Under the pieces are notes generated by a model. That model had not been told where the DNA came from. It saw only the letters and a list, made by a program, of their open reading frames with translations, and ran no database searches. A program made the position numbers and the translations under genes. Of a DNA stretch of 64,000 nt, positions 13,601 to 29,500 are shown in pieces; position 1 is the stretch's first letter; every line of letters starts with the position of its first letter. This DNA comes from Schmidtea polychroa. Taxonomy: Eukaryota. The stretch spans positions 95,396,397 through 95,460,396 of the forward strand of contig CM097887.1 of the NCBI GenBank assembly GCA_044892525.1, read 5' to 3'.

Positions 13601-16600
13601 TTATGAAAATTTCAATTTATAGCAAATAAAGTATACTGATTCGATCTGTATTAAAAATAACTGTTAAAAATTATTTTTTGAAATTATTAAAAAAAAATCG
13701 TCCATACTTGGATTTGAACCTCATACAAAACGTCAAAATCAAAAATCTAAGAGTGAACAAACCACTTAACCACGTCAGTAACTTTTATTAATAATAATAA
13801 TAAATTTGACTTGTATTTGCATATGGAATATCATGCCATTCGGATAAAATACAGCAACAAAAGAGTCAGAATGAGGATGTTTAAGCACAGATGTGTTTTG
13901 AGATTATTTTGACTCAATAGTTATTGTCAATCGACCGAATAGTCCTTGGCTCTGATATTGTTTTGTCATCAGACTCGTGTTCTGGAATATGCATTTCGAT
14001 TATTGGTTCGTGTTTATGTCATCATTAGTTTTCTTTCAAAATTAGAGCAAGAATAATAACGACACTCATCAGCAACCTAATATCTCATGAGCACTATCTA
14101 AAATAAACTTTTGCAAAGTGCATAACCCTGTTAACTATATGAAATATATTTATACAAATAATTATATATTAAAATCCATCTCAGGGTGAGGAACATCTAA
14201 ATTATTAAATATATACAATAGAAATACAAGTATACATCAATATTTGCTGATGCTATTGCTTGCAGGCTTTAGTGAACTATTTACAAAATTCGAGAACTGA
14301 TCTTTATCAATGTCTTCCAAAGTCTGAGTATTGTGATAATTCCACCGCCTGGCAGAATGTCTGATATTACTAATCGCACATTCTTTCAATAGAAATTTTA
14401 GCTCTTTATTATTCATACTTACTTTAGAGATTATTTCAGAAGTTTTCAAAGGAAAGGACCCTAAAGCTCCAATATTACAAGTGTCAAGGTCGACTTTAAA
14501 GTCAGGGTTGACAGCCTGTATTGCATTATTTATAGAGTCATATTTCCTCAAATTATGTTTATCAACTTGTTTAAAGTTAGTGACAGAGTCGCTCGGAAAT
14601 TTCATATAAACTAAAATGATTGTTTTTTTGGACAAGTCAGTGATCATTAAATCCATTCGTTCTCTTGGGTTTGGAACAAATAAACACATGTTATCTACGA
14701 CGATAATAAGATGAGCTTTGATCTTCAGACGATATGAAATAAGTTTAAGACAATTTTCATGCCTCTCAGAACTAAGAGTTTTTCGTACCTTACACGACTG
14801 AAGTACGTGTGACATTGTCTCATCTTCAGTGTGACATCGACGACAGAGTCTTTTTTCATCTTTTTTGTAAAGCTTTGCATTGATTGAAAGAGTGTTTGTG
14901 CGAGCACGGTGAATGAAGTTCTAAGAAAATTCAGACAGATCACCGTGAAAAATTGCTTTATTTATTAGAGGTGAAAGTTTGATTGCTGATGCAATGATGT
15001 TGGAAGTGCTACCGTTCTCTCATTTTGTAAGGTAAGAGTCACAAAGTGCTATGTGCAAGACCTTAGACGTTGTTTGACGATGATCAGATTTCAAGATACA
15101 TGTGCCACGCATTGCCGTTGTTATGTAGAGCGATGGCTCATTGTTTGTGATGATGAATGATATGTTGATCTTGTGCGTTCTTTCGAAAAATGCAACTGCA
15201 CTCCCTAACCCCTAACCTTAACCCAAATATTCTGAATAATAATATCAATTATTATTTAATGCTTGTTTAATGGTTTTTTATCAATAGGTGAGAAAATACC
15301 ATGAACCTTTATGTAAAAATCATTAACCGATTTTTATGAAAATTTCAATTTATAGCAAATAAAGTATACTGATTCGATCTGTATTAAAAATAACTGTTAA
15401 AAATTATTTTTTGAAATTAATAAAAAAAAATCGTCCATACTTGGATTTGAACCTCATACAAAACGTCAAAATCAAAAATCTAAGAGTGAACAAACCACTT
15501 AACCACGTCAGTAACTTTTATTAATAATAATAATAAATTTGACTTGTATTTGCATATGGAATATCATGCCATTCGGATAAAATACAGCAACAAAAGAGTC
15601 AGAATGAGGATGTTTAAGCACAGATGTGTTTTGAGATTATTTTGACTCAATAGTTATTGTCAATCGACCGAATAGTCCTTGGCTCTGATATTGTTTTGTC
15701 ATCAGACTCGTGTTCTGGAATATGCATTTCGATTATTGGTTCGTGTTTATGTCATCATTAGTTTTCTTTCAAAATTAGAGCAAGAATAATAACGACACTC
15801 ATCAGCAACCTAATATCTCATGAGCACTATCTAAAATAAACTTTTGCAAAGTGCATAACCCTGTTAACTATATGAAATATATTTATACAAATAATTATAT
15901 ATTAAAATCCATCTCAGGGTGAGGAACATCTAAATTATTAAATATATACAATAGAAATACAAGTATACATCAATATTTGCTGATGCTATTGCTTGCAGGC
16001 TTTAGTGAACTATTTACAAAATTCGAGAACTGATCTTTATCAATGTCTTCCAAAGTCTGAGTATTGTGATAACTCCACCGCCTGGCAGAATGTCTGATAT
16101 TACTAATCGCACATTCTTTCAATAGAAATTTTAGCTCTTTATTATTCATACTTACTTTAGAGATTATTTCAGAAGTTTTCAAAGGAAAGGACCCTAAAGC
16201 TCCAATATTACAAGTGTCAAGGTCGACTTTAAAGTCAGGGTTGACAGCCTGTATTGCATTATTTATAGAGTCATATTTCCTCAAATTATGTTTATCAACT
16301 TGTTTAAAGTTAGTGACAGAGTCGCTCGGAAATTTCATATAAACTAAAATGATTGTTTTTTTGGACAAGTCAGTGATCATTAAATCCATTCGTTCTCTTG
16401 GGTTTGGAACAAATAAACACATGTTATCTACGACGATAATAAGATGAGCTTTGATCTTCAGACGATATGAAATAAGTTTAAGACAATTTTCATGCCTCTC
16501 AGAACTAAGAGTTTTTCGTACCTTACACGACTGAAGTACGTGTGACATTGTCTCATCTTCAGTGTGACATCGACGACAGAGTCTTTTTTCATCTTTTTTG

Positions 16601-19600
16601 TAAAGCTTTGCATTGATTGAAAGAGTGTTTGTGCGAGCACGGTGAATGAAGTTCTAAGAAAATTCAGACAGATCACCGTGAAAAATTGCTTTATTTATTA
16701 GAGGTGAAAGTTTGATTGCTGATGCAATGATGTTGGAAGTGCTACCGTTCTCTCATTTTGTAAGGTAAGAGTCACAAAGTGCTATGTGCAAGACCTTAGA
16801 CGTTGTTTGACGATGATCAGATTTCAAGATACATGTGCCACGCATTGCCGTTGTTATGTAGAGCGATGGCTCATTGTTTATGATGATGAATGATATGTTG
16901 ATCTTGTGCGTTCTTTCGAAAAATGCAACTGCACTCCCTAACCCCTAACCTTAACCCAAATTTTGTGAATAATAATATCAATTATTATTTAATGCTTGTT
17001 TAATGGTTTTTTATCAATAGGTGAGAAAATACCATGAACCTTTATGTAAAAATCATTAACCGATTTTTATGAAAATTTCAATTTATAGCAAATAAAGTAT
17101 ACTGATTCGATCTGTATTAAAAATAACTGTTAAAAATTATTTTTTGAAATTATTAAAAAAAAATCGTCCATACTTGGATTTGAACCTCATACAAAACGTC
17201 AAAATCAAAAATCTAAGAGTGAACAAACCACTTAACCACGTCAGTAACTTTTATTAATAATAATAATAAATTTGACTTGTATTTGCATATGGAATATCAT
17301 GCCATTCGGATAAAATACAGCAACAAAAGAGTCAGAATGAGGATGTTTAAGCACAGATGTGTTTTGAGATTATTTTGACTCAATAGTTATTGTCAATCGA
17401 CCGAATAGTCCTTGGCTCTGATATTGTTTTGTCATCAGACTCGTGTTCTGGAATATGCATTTCGATTATTGGTTCGTGTTTATGTCATCATTAGTTTTCT
17501 TTCAAAATTAGAGCAAGAATAATAACGACACTCATCAGCAACCTAATATCTCATGAGCACTATCTAAAATAAACTTTTGCAAAGTGCATAACCCTGTTAA
17601 CTATATGAAATATATTTATACAAATAATTATATATTAAAATCCATCTCAGGGTGAGGAACATCTAAATTATTAAATATATACAATAGAAATACAAGTATA
17701 CATCAATATTTGCTGATGCTATTGCTTGCAGGCTTTAGTGAACTATTTAGAAAATTCGAGAACTGATCTTTATCAATGTCTTCCAAAGTCTGAGTATTGT
17801 GATAATTCCACCGCCTGGCAGAATGTCTGATATTACTAATCGCACATTCTTTCAATAGAAATTTTAGCTCTTTATTATTCATACTTACTTTAGAGATTAT
17901 TTCAGAAGTTTTCAAAGGAAAGGACCCTAAAGCTCCAATATTACAAGTGTCAAGGTCGACTTTAAAGTCAGGGTTGACAGCCTGTATTGCATTATTTATA
18001 GAGTCATATTTCCTCAAATTATGTTTATCAACTTGTTTAAAGTTAGTGACAGAGTCGCTCGGAAATTTCATATAAACTAAAATGATTGTTTTTTTGGACA
18101 AGTCAGTGATCATTAAATCCATTCGTTCTCTTGGGTTTGGAACAAATAAACACATGTTATCTACGACGATAATAAGATGAGCTTTGATCTTCAGACGATA
18201 TGAAATAAGTTTAAGACAATTTTCATGCCTCTCAGAACTAAGAGTTTTTCGTACCTTACACGACTGAAGTACGTGTGACATTGTCTCATCTTCAGTGTGA
18301 CATCGACGACAGAGTCTTTTTTCATCTTTTTTGTAAAGCTTTGCATTGATTGAAAGAGTGTTTGTGCGAGCACGGTGAATGAAGTTCTAAGAAAATTCAG
18401 ACAGATCACCGTGAAAAATTGCTTTATTTATTAGAGGTGAAAGTTTGATTGCTGATGCAATGATGTTGGAAGTGCTACCGTTCTCTCATTTTGTAAGGTA
18501 AGAGTCACAAAGTGCTATGTGCAAGACCTTAGACGTTGTTTGACGATGATCAGATTTCAAGATACATGTGCCACGCATTGCCGTTGTTATGTAGAGCGAT
18601 GGCTCATTGTTTGTGATGATGAATGATATGTTGATCTTGTGCGTTCTTTCGAAAAATGCAACTGCACTCCCTAACCCCTAACCTTAACCCAAATTTTGTG
18701 AATAATAATATCAATTATTATTTAATGCTTGTTTAATGGTTTTTTATCAATAGGTGAGAAAATACCATGAACCTTTATGTAAAAATCATTAACCGATTTT
18801 TATGAAAATTTCAATTTATAGCAAATAAAGTATACTGATTCGATCTGTATTAAAAATAACTGTTAAAAATTATTTTTTGAAATTATTAAAAAAAAATCGT
18901 CCATACTTGGATTTGAACCTCATACAAAACGTCAAAATCAAAAATCTAAGAGTGAACAAACCACTTAACCACGTCAGTAACTTTTATTAATAATAATAAT
19001 AAATTTGACTTGTATTTGCATATGGAATATCATGCCATTCGGATAAAATACAGCAACAAAAGAGTCAGAATGAGGATGTTTAAGCACAGATGTGTTTTGA
19101 GATTATTTTGACTCAATAGTTATTGTCAATCGACCGAATAGTCCTTGGCTCTGATATTGTTTTGTCATCAGACTCGTGTTCTGGAATATGCATTTCGATT
19201 ATTGGTTCGTGTTTATGTCATCATTAGTTTTCTTTCAAAATTAGAGCAAGAATAATAACGACACTCATCAGCAACCTAATATCTCATGAGCACTATCTAA
19301 AATAAACTTTTGCAAAGTGCATAACCCTGTTAACTATATGAAATATATTTATACAAATAATTATATATTAAAATCCATCTCAGGGTGAGGAACATCTAAA
19401 TTATTAAATATATACAATAGAAATACAAGTATACATCAATATTTGCTGATGCTATTGCTTGCAGGCTTTAGTGAACTATTTACAAAATTCGAGAACTGAT
19501 CTTTATCAATGTCTTCCAAAGTCTGAGTATTGTGATAATTCCACCGCCTGGCAGAATGTCTGATATTACTAATCGCACATTCTTTCAATAGAAATTTTAG

Positions 19601-22600
19601 CTCTTTATTATTCATACTTACTTTAGAGATTATTTCAGAAGTTTTCAAAGGAAAGGACCCTAAAGCTCCAATATTACAAGTGTCAAGGTCGACTTTAAAG
19701 TCAGGGTTGACAGCCTGTATTGCATTATTTATAGAGTCATATTTCCTCAAATTATGTTTATCAACTTGTTTAAAGTTAGTGACAGAGTCGCTCGGAAATT
19801 TCATATAAACTAAAATGATTGTTTTTTTGGACAAGTCAGTGATCATTAAATCCATTCGTTCTCTTGGGTTTGGAACAAATAAACACATGTTATCTACGAC
19901 GATAATAAGATGAGCTTTGATCTTCAGACGACATGGAATTAGTTTAAGACAATTTTCATGCCTCTCAGAACTAAAAGTTTTCTGTACCTTACACGACTGA
20001 AGTAAGATGTGACATTGTCTCATCTTCAGTGTGACATCGACGACAGAGTCTTTTTTCATCTTTTTTGTAAAGCTTTGCATTGATTGAAAGAGTGTTTTTG
20101 CGAGCACGGTGAATGAAGTTCTAAGAAAATTCAGACAGATCACCGTGAAAAATTGCTTTATTTATTAGAGGTGAAAGTTTGATTGCTGATGCAATGATGT
20201 TGGAAGTGCTACCGTTCTCTCATTTTGTAAGGTAAGAGTCACAAAGTGCTATGTGCAAGACCTTAGACGTTGTTTGACGATGATCAGATTTCAAGATACA
20301 TGTGCCACGCATTTCCGTTGTTATGTAGAGCGATGGCTCATGGTTTGTGATGATGAATGATATGTTGATCTTGTGCGTTCTTTCGAAAAATGCAACTGCA
20401 CTCCCTAACCCCTAACCTTAACCCAAATATTCTGAATAATAATATCAATTATTATTTAATGCTTGTTTAATGGTTTTTATCAATAGGTGAGAAAATACCA
20501 TGAACCTTTATGTAAAAATCATTAACCGATTTTTATGAAAATTTCAATTTATAGCAAATAAAGTATACTGATTCGATCTGTATTAAAAATAACTGTTAAA
20601 AATTATTTTTTGAAATTATTAAAAAAAAATCGTCCATACTTGGATTTGAACCTCATACAAAACGTCAAAATCAAAAATCTAAGAGTGAACAAACCACTTA
20701 ACCACGTCAGTAACTTTTATTAATAATAATAATAAATTTGACTTGTATTTGCATATGGAATATCATGCCATTCGGATAAAATACAGCAACAAAAGAGTCA
20801 GAATGAGGATGTTTAAGCACAGATGTGTTTTGAGATTATTTTGACTCAATAGTTATTGTCAATCGACCGAATAGTCCTTGGCTCTGATATTGTTTTGTCA
20901 TCAGACTCGTGTTCTGGAATATGCATTTCGATTATTGGTTCGTGTTTATGTCATCATTAGTTTTCTTTCAAAATTAGAGCAAGAATATTAACGACACTCA
21001 TCAGCAACCTAATATCTCATGAGCACTATCTAAAATAAACTTTTGCAAAGTGCATAAACCTGTTAACTATATGAAATATATTTATACAAATAATTATATA
21101 TTAAAATCCATCTCAGGGTGAGGAACATCTAAATTATTAAATATATACAATAGAAATACAAGTATACATCAATATTTGCTGATGCTATTGCTTGCAGGCT
21201 TTAGTGAACTATTTAGAAAATTCGAGAACTGATCTTTATCAATGTCTTCCAAAGTCTGAGTATTGTGATAATTCCACCGCCTGGCAGAATGTCTGATATT
21301 ACTAATCGCACATTCTTTCAATAGAAATTTTAGCTCTTTATTATTCATACTTACTTTAGAGATTATTTCAGAAGTTTTCAAAGGAAAGGACCCTAAAGCT
21401 CCAATATTACAAGTGTCAAGGTCGACTTTAAAGTCAGGGTTGACAGCCTGTATTGCATTATTTATAGAGTCATATTTCCTCAAATTATGTTTATCAACTT
21501 GTTTAAAGTTAGTGACAGAGTCGCTCGGAAATTTCATATAAACTAAAATGATTGTTTTTTTGGACAAGTCAGTGATCATTAAATCCATTCGTTCTCTTGG
21601 GTTTGGAACAAATAAACACATGTTATCTACGACGATAATAAGATGAGCTTTGATCTTCAGACGAAATGGAATTAGTTTAAGACAATTTTCATGCCTCTCA
21701 GAACTAAGAGTTTTTCGTACCTTACACGACTGAAGTACGTGTGACATTGTCTCATCTTCAGTGTGACATCGACGACAGAGTCTTTTTTCATCTTTTTTGT
21801 AAAGCTTTGCATTGATTGAAAGAGTGTTTGTGCGAGCACGGTGAATGAAGTTCTAAGAAAATTCAGACAGATCACCGTGAAAAATTGCTTTATTTATTAG
21901 AGGTGAAAGTTTGATTGCTGATGCAATGATGTTGGAAGTGCTACCGTTCTCTCATTTTGTAAGGTAAGAGTCACAAAGTGCTATGTGCAAGACCTTAGAC
22001 GTTGTTTGACGATGATCAGATTTCAAGATACATGTGCCACGCATTTCCGTTGTTATGTAGAGCGATGGCTCATGGTTTGTGATGATGAATGATATGTTGA
22101 TCTTGTGCGTTCTTTCGAAAAATGCAACTGCACTCCCTAACCCCTAACCTTAACCCAAATATTCTGAATAATAATATCAATTATTATTTAATGCTTGTTT
22201 AATGGTTTTTATCAATAGGTGAGAAAATACCATGAACCTTTATGTAAAAATCATTAACCGATTTTTATGAAAATTTCAATTTATAGCAAATAAAGTATAC
22301 TGATTCGATCTGTATTAAAAATAACTGTTAAAAATTATTTTTTGAAATTATTAAAAAAAAATCGTCCATACTTGGATTTGAACCTCATACAAAACGTCAA
22401 AATCAAAAATCTAAGAGTGAACAAACCACTTAACCACGTCAGTAACTTTTATTAATAATAATAATAAATTTGACTTGTATTTGCATATGGAATATCATGC
22501 CATTCGGATAAAATACAGCAACAAAAGAGTCAGAATGAGGATGTTTAAGCACAGATGTGTTTTGAGATTATTTTGACTCAATAGTTATTGTCAATCGACC

Positions 22601-25600
22601 GAATAGTCCTTGGCTCTGATATTGTTTTGTCATCAGACTCGTGTTCTGGAATATGCATTTCGATTATTGGTTCGTGTTTATGTCATCATTAGTTTTCTTT
22701 CAAAATTAGAGCAAGAATATTAACGACACTCATCAGCAACCTAATATCTCATGAGCACTATCTAAAATAAACTTTTGCAAAGTGCATAAACCTGTTAACT
22801 ATATGAAATATATTTATACAAATAATTATATATTAAAATCCATCTCAGGGTGAGGAACATCTAAATTATTAAATATATACAATAGAAATACAAGTATACA
22901 TCAATATTTGCTGATGCTATTGCTTGCAGGCTTTAGTGAACTATTTAGAAAATTCGAGAACTGATCTTTATCAATGTCTTCCAAAGTCTGAGTATTGTGA
23001 TAATTCCACCGCCTGGCAGAATGTCTGATATTACTAATCGCACATTCTTTCAATAGAAATTTTAGCTCTTTATTATTCATACTTACTTTAGAGATTATTT
23101 CAGAAGTTTTCAAAGGAAAGGACCCTAAAGCTCCAATATTACAAGTGTCAAGGTCGACTTTAAAGTCAGGGTTGACAGCCTGTATTGCATTATTTATAGA
23201 GTCATATTTCCTCAAATTATGTTTATCAACTTGTTTAAAGTTAGTGACAGAGTCGCTCGGAAATTTCATATAAACTAAAATGATTGTTTTTTTGGACAAG
23301 TCAGTGATCATTAAATCCATTCGTTCTCTTGGGTTTGGAACAAATAAACACATGTTATCTACGACGATAATAAGATGAGCTTTGATCTTCAGACGAAATG
23401 GAATTAGTTTAAGACAATTTTCATGCCTCTCAGAACTAAGAGTTTTTCGTACCTTACACGACTGAAGTACGTGTGACATTGTCTCATCTTCAGTGTGACA
23501 TCGACGACAGAGTCTTTTTTCATCTTTTTTGTAAAGCTTTGCATTGATTGAAAGAGTGTTTGTGCGAGCACGGTGAATGAAGTTCTAAGAAAATTCAGAC
23601 AGATCACCGTGAAAAATTGCTTTATTTATTAGAGGTGAAAGTTTGATTGCTGATGCAATGATGTTGGAAGTGCTACCGTTCTCTCATTTTGTAAGGTAAG
23701 AGTCACAAAGTGCTATGTGCAAGACCTTAGACGTTGTTTGACGATGATCAGATTTCAAGATACATGTGCCACGCATTTCCGTTGTTATGTAGAGCGATGG
23801 CTCATGGTTTGTGATGATGAATGATATGTTGATCTTGTGCGTTCTTTCGAAAAATGCAACTGCACTCCCTAACCCCTAACCTTAACCCAAATATTCTGAA
23901 TAATAATATCAATTATTATTTAATGCTTGTTTAATGGTTTTTATCAATAGGTGAGAAAATACCATGAACCTTTATGTAAAAATCATTAACCGATTTTTAT
24001 GAAAATTTCAATTTATAGCAAATAAAGTATACTGATTCGATCTGTATTAAAAATAACTGTTAAAAATTATTTTTTGAAATTATTAAAAAAAAATCGTCCA
24101 TACTTGGATTTGAACCTCATACAAAACGTCAAAATCAAAAATCTAAGAGTGAACAAACCACTTAACCACGTCAGTAACTTTTATTAATAATAATAATAAA
24201 TTTGACTTGTATTTGCATATGGAATATCATGCCATTCGGATAAAATACAGCAACAAAAGAGTCAGAATGAGGATGTTTAAGCACAGATGTGTTTTGAGAT
24301 TATTTTGACTCAATAGTTATTGTCAATCGACCGAATAGTCCTTGGCTCTGATATTGTTTTGTCATCAGACTCGTGTTCTGGAATATGCATTTCGATTATT
24401 GGTTCGTGTTTATGTCATCATTAGTTTTCTTTCAAAATTAGAGCAAGAATATTAACGACACTCATCAGCAACCTAATATCTCATGAGCACTATCTAAAAT
24501 AAACTTTTGCAAAGTGCATAAACCTGTTAACTATATGAAATATATTTATACAAATAATTATATATTAAAATCCATCTCAGGGTGAGGAACATCTAAATTA
24601 TTAAATATATACAATAGAAATACAAGTATACATCAATATTTGCTGATGCTATTGCTTGCAAGCTTTAGTGAACTATTTAGAAAATTCGAGAACTGATCTT
24701 TATCAATGTCTTCCAAAGTCTGAGTATTGTGATAATTCCACCGCCTGGCAGAATGTCTGATATTACTAATCGCACATTCTTTCAATAGAAATTTTAGCTC
24801 TTTATTATTCATACTTACTTTAGAGATTATTTCAGAAGTTTTCAAAGGAAAGGACCCTAAAGCTCCAATATTACAAGTGTCAAGGTCGACTTTAAAGTCA
24901 GGGTTGACAGCCTGTATTGCATTATTTATAGAGTCATATTTCCTCAAATTATGTTTATCAACTTGTTTAAAGTTAGTGACAGAGTCGCTCGGAAATTTCA
25001 TATAAACTAAAATGATTGTTTTTTTGGACAAGTCAGTGATCATTAAATCCATTCGTTCTCTTGGGTTTGGAACAAATAAACACATGTTATCTACGACGAT
25101 AATAAGATGAGCTTTGATCTTCAGACGAAATGGAATTAGTTTAAGACAATTTTCATGCCTCTCAGAACTAAGAGTTTTTCGTACCTTACACGACTGAAGT
25201 ACGTGTGACATTGTCTCATCTTCAGTGTGACATCGACGACAGAGTCTTTTTTCATCTTTTTTGTAAAGCTTTGCATTGATTGAAAGAGTGTTTGTGCGAG
25301 CACGGTGAATGAAGTTCTAAGAAAATTAAGACAGATCACCGTGAAAAATTGCTTTATTTATTAGAGGTGAAAGTTTGATTGCTGATGCAATGATGTTGGA
25401 AGTGCTACCGTTCTCTCATTTTGTAAGGTAAGAGTCACAAAGTGCTATGTGCAAGACCTTAGACGTTGTTTGACGATGATCAGATTTCAAGATACATGTG
25501 CCACGCATTTCCGTTGTTATGTAGAGCGATGGCTCATGGTTTGTGATGATGAATGATATGTTGATCTTGTGCGTTCTTTCGAAAAATGCAACTGCACTCC

Positions 25601-26550
25601 CTAACCCCTAACCTTAACCCAAATATTCTGAATAATAATATCAATTATTATTTAATGCTTGTTTAATGGTTTTTATCAATAGGTGAGAAAATACCATGAA
25701 CCTTTATGTAAAAATCATTAACCGATTTTTATGAAAATTTCAATTCATAGCAAATAAAGTATACTGATTCGATCTGTATTAAAAATAACTGTTAAAAATT
25801 ATTTTTTGAAATTATTAAAAAAAAATCGTCCATACTTGGATTTGAACCTCATACAAAACGTCAAAATCAAAAATCTAAGAGTGAACAAACCACTTAACCA
25901 CGTCAGTAACTTTTATTAATAATAATAATAAATTTGACTTCTATTTGCATATGGAATATCATGCCATTCGGATAAAATACAGCAACAAAAGAGTCAGAAT
26001 GAGGATGTTTAAGCACAGATATGTTTTGAGATTATTTTGACTCAATAGTTATTGTCAATCGACCGAATAGTCCTTGGCTCTGATATTGTTTTGTCATCAG
26101 ACTCGTGTTCTGGAATATGCATTTCGATTATTGGTTCGTGTTTATGTCATCATTAGTTTTCTTTCAAAATTAGAGCAAGAATAATAACGACACTCATCAG
26201 CAACCTAATATCTCATGAGCACTATCTAAAATAAACTTTTGCAAAGTGCATAACCCTGTTAACTATATGAAATATATTTATACAAATAATTATATATTAA
26301 AATCCATCTCAGGGTGAGGAACATCTAAATTATTAAATATATACAATAGAAATACAAGTATACATCAATATTTGCTGATGCTATTGCTTGCAGGCTTTAG
26401 TGAACTATTTACAAAATTCGAGAACTGATCTTTATCAATGTCTTCCAAAGTCTGAGTATTGTGATAATTCCACCGCCTGGCAGAATGTCTGATATTACTA
26501 ATCGCACATTCTTTCAATAGAAATTTTAGCTCTTTATTATTCATACTTAC

Positions 26551-29500
26551 TTAAGAGATTATTTCAGAAGTTTTCAAAGGAAAGGACCCTAAAGCTCCAA
26601 TATTACAAGTGTCAAGGTCGACTTTAAAGTCAGGGTTGACAGCCTGTATTGCATTATTTATAGAGTCATATTTCCTCAAATTATGTTTATCAACTTGTTT
26701 AAAGTTAGTGACAGAGTCGCTCGGAAATTTCATATAAACTAAAATGATTGTTTTTTTGGACAAGTCAGTGATCATTAAATCCATTCGTTCTCTTGGGTTT
26801 GGAACAAATAAACACATGTTATCTACGACGATAATAAGATGAGCTTTGATCTTCAGACGAAATGGAATTAGTTTAAGACAATTTTCATGCCTCTCAGAAC
26901 TAAGAGTTTTCCGTACCTTACACGACTGAAGTACGTGTGACATTGTCTCATCTTCAGTGTGACATCGACGACAGAGTCTTTTTTCATCTTTTTTGTAAAG
27001 CTTTGCATTGATTGAAAGAGTGTTTGTGCGAGCACGGTGAATGAAGTTCTAAGAAAATTCAGACAGATCACCGTGAAAAATTGCTTTATTTATTAGAGGT
27101 GAAAGTTTGATTGCTGATGCAATGATGTTGGAAGTGCTACCGTTCTCTCATTTTGTAAGGTAAGAGTCACAAAGTGCTATGTGCAAGACCTTAGACGTTG
27201 TTTGACGATGATCAGATTTCAAGATACATGTGCCACGCATTTCCGTTGTTATGTAGAGCGATGGCTCATGGTTTGTGATGATGAATGATATGTTGATCTT
27301 GTGCGTTCTTTCGAAAAATGCAACTGCACTCCCTAACCCCTAACCTTAACCCAAATATTCTGAATAATAATATCAATTATTATTTAATGCTTGTTTAATG
27401 GTTTTTATCAATAGGTGAGAAAATACCATGAACCTTTATGTAAAAATCATTAACCGATTTTTATGAAAATTTCAATTCATAGCAAATAAAGTATACTGAT
27501 TCGATCTGTATTAAAAATAACTGTTAAAAATTATTTTTTGAAATTATTAAAAAAAAATCGTCCATACTTGGATTTGAACCTCATACAAAACGTCAAAATC
27601 AAAAATCTAAGAGTGAACAAACCACTTAACCACGTCAGTAACTTTTATTAATAATAATAATAAATTTGACTTCTATTTGCATATGGAATATCATGCCATT
27701 CGGATAAAATACAGCAACAAAAGAGTCAGAATGAGGATGTTTAAGCACAGATATGTTTTGAGATTATTTTGACTCAATAGTTATTGTCAATCGACCGAAT
27801 AGTCCTTGGCTCTGATATTGTTTTGTCATCAGACTCGTGTTCTGGAATATGCATTTCGATTATTGGTTCGTGTTTATGTCATCATTAGTTTTCTTTCAAA
27901 ATTAGAGCAAGAATAATAACGACACTCATCAGCAACCTAATATCTCATGAGCACTATCTAAAATAAACTTTTGCAAAGTGCATAACCCTGTTAACTATAT
28001 GAAATATATTTATACAAATAATTATATATTAAAATCCATCTCAGGGTGAGGAACATCTAAATTATTAAATATATACAATAGAAATACAAGTATACATCAA
28101 TATTTGCTGATGCTATTGCTTGCAGGCTTTAGTGAACTATTTACAAAATTCGAGAACTGATCTTTATCAATGTCTTCCAAAGTCTGAGTATTGTGATAAT
28201 TCCACCGCCTGGCAGAATGTCTGATATTACTAATCGCACATTCTTTCAATAGAAATTTTAGCTCTTTATTATTCATACTTACTTAAGAGATTATTTCAGA
28301 AGTTTTCAAAGGAAAGGACCCTAAAGCTCCAATATTACAAGTGTCAAGGTCGACTTTAAAGTCAGGGTTGACAGCCTGTATTGCATTATTTATAGAGTCA
28401 TATTTCCTCAAATTATGTTTATCAACTTGTTTAAAGTTAGTGACAGAGTCGCTCGGAAATTTCATATAAACTAAAATGATTGTTTTTTTGGACAAGTCAG
28501 TGATCATTAAATCCATTCGTTCTCTTGGGTTTGGAACAAATAAACACATGTTATCTACGACGATAATAAGATGAGCTTTGATCTTCAGACGAAATGGAAT
28601 TAGTTTAAGACAATTTTCATGCCTCTCAGAACTAAGAGTTTTCCGTACCTTACACGACTGAAGTACGTGTGACATTGTCTCATCTTCAGTGTGACATCGA
28701 CGACAGAGTCTTTTTTCATCTTTTTTGTAAAGCTTTGCATTGATTGAAAGAGTGTTTGTGCGAGCACGGTGAATGAAGTTCTAAGAAAATTCAGACAGAT
28801 CACCGTGAAAAATTGCTTTATTTATTAGAGGTGAAAGTTTGATTGCTGATGCAATGATGTTGGAAGTGCTACCGTTCTCTCATTTTGTAAGGTAAGAGTC
28901 ACAAAGTGCTATGTGCAAGACCTTAGACGTTGTTTGACGATGATCAGATTTCAAGATACATGTGCCACGCATTTCCGTTGTTATGTAGAGCGATGGCTCA
29001 TGGTTTGTGATGATGAATGATATGTTGATCTTGTGCGTTCTTTCGAAAAATGCAACTGCACTCCCTAACCCCTAACCTTAACCCAAATATTCTGAATAAT
29101 AATATCAATTATTATTTAATGCTTGTTTAATGGTTTTTATCAATAGGTGAGAAAATACCATGAACCTTTATGTAAAAATCATTAACCGATTTTTATGAAA
29201 ATTTCAATTCATAGCAAATAAAGTATACTGATTCGATCTGTATTAAAAATAACTGTTAAAAATTATTTTTTGAAATTATTAAAAAAAAATCGTCCATACT
29301 TGGATTTGAACCTCATACAAAACGTCAAAATCAAAAATCTAAGAGTGAACAAACCACTTAACCACGTCAGTAACTTTTATTAATAATAATAATAAATTTG
29401 ACTTCTATTTGCATATGGAATATCATGCCATTCGGATAAAATACAGCAACAAAAGAGTCAGAATGAGGATGTTTAAGCACAGATATGTTTTGAGATTATT

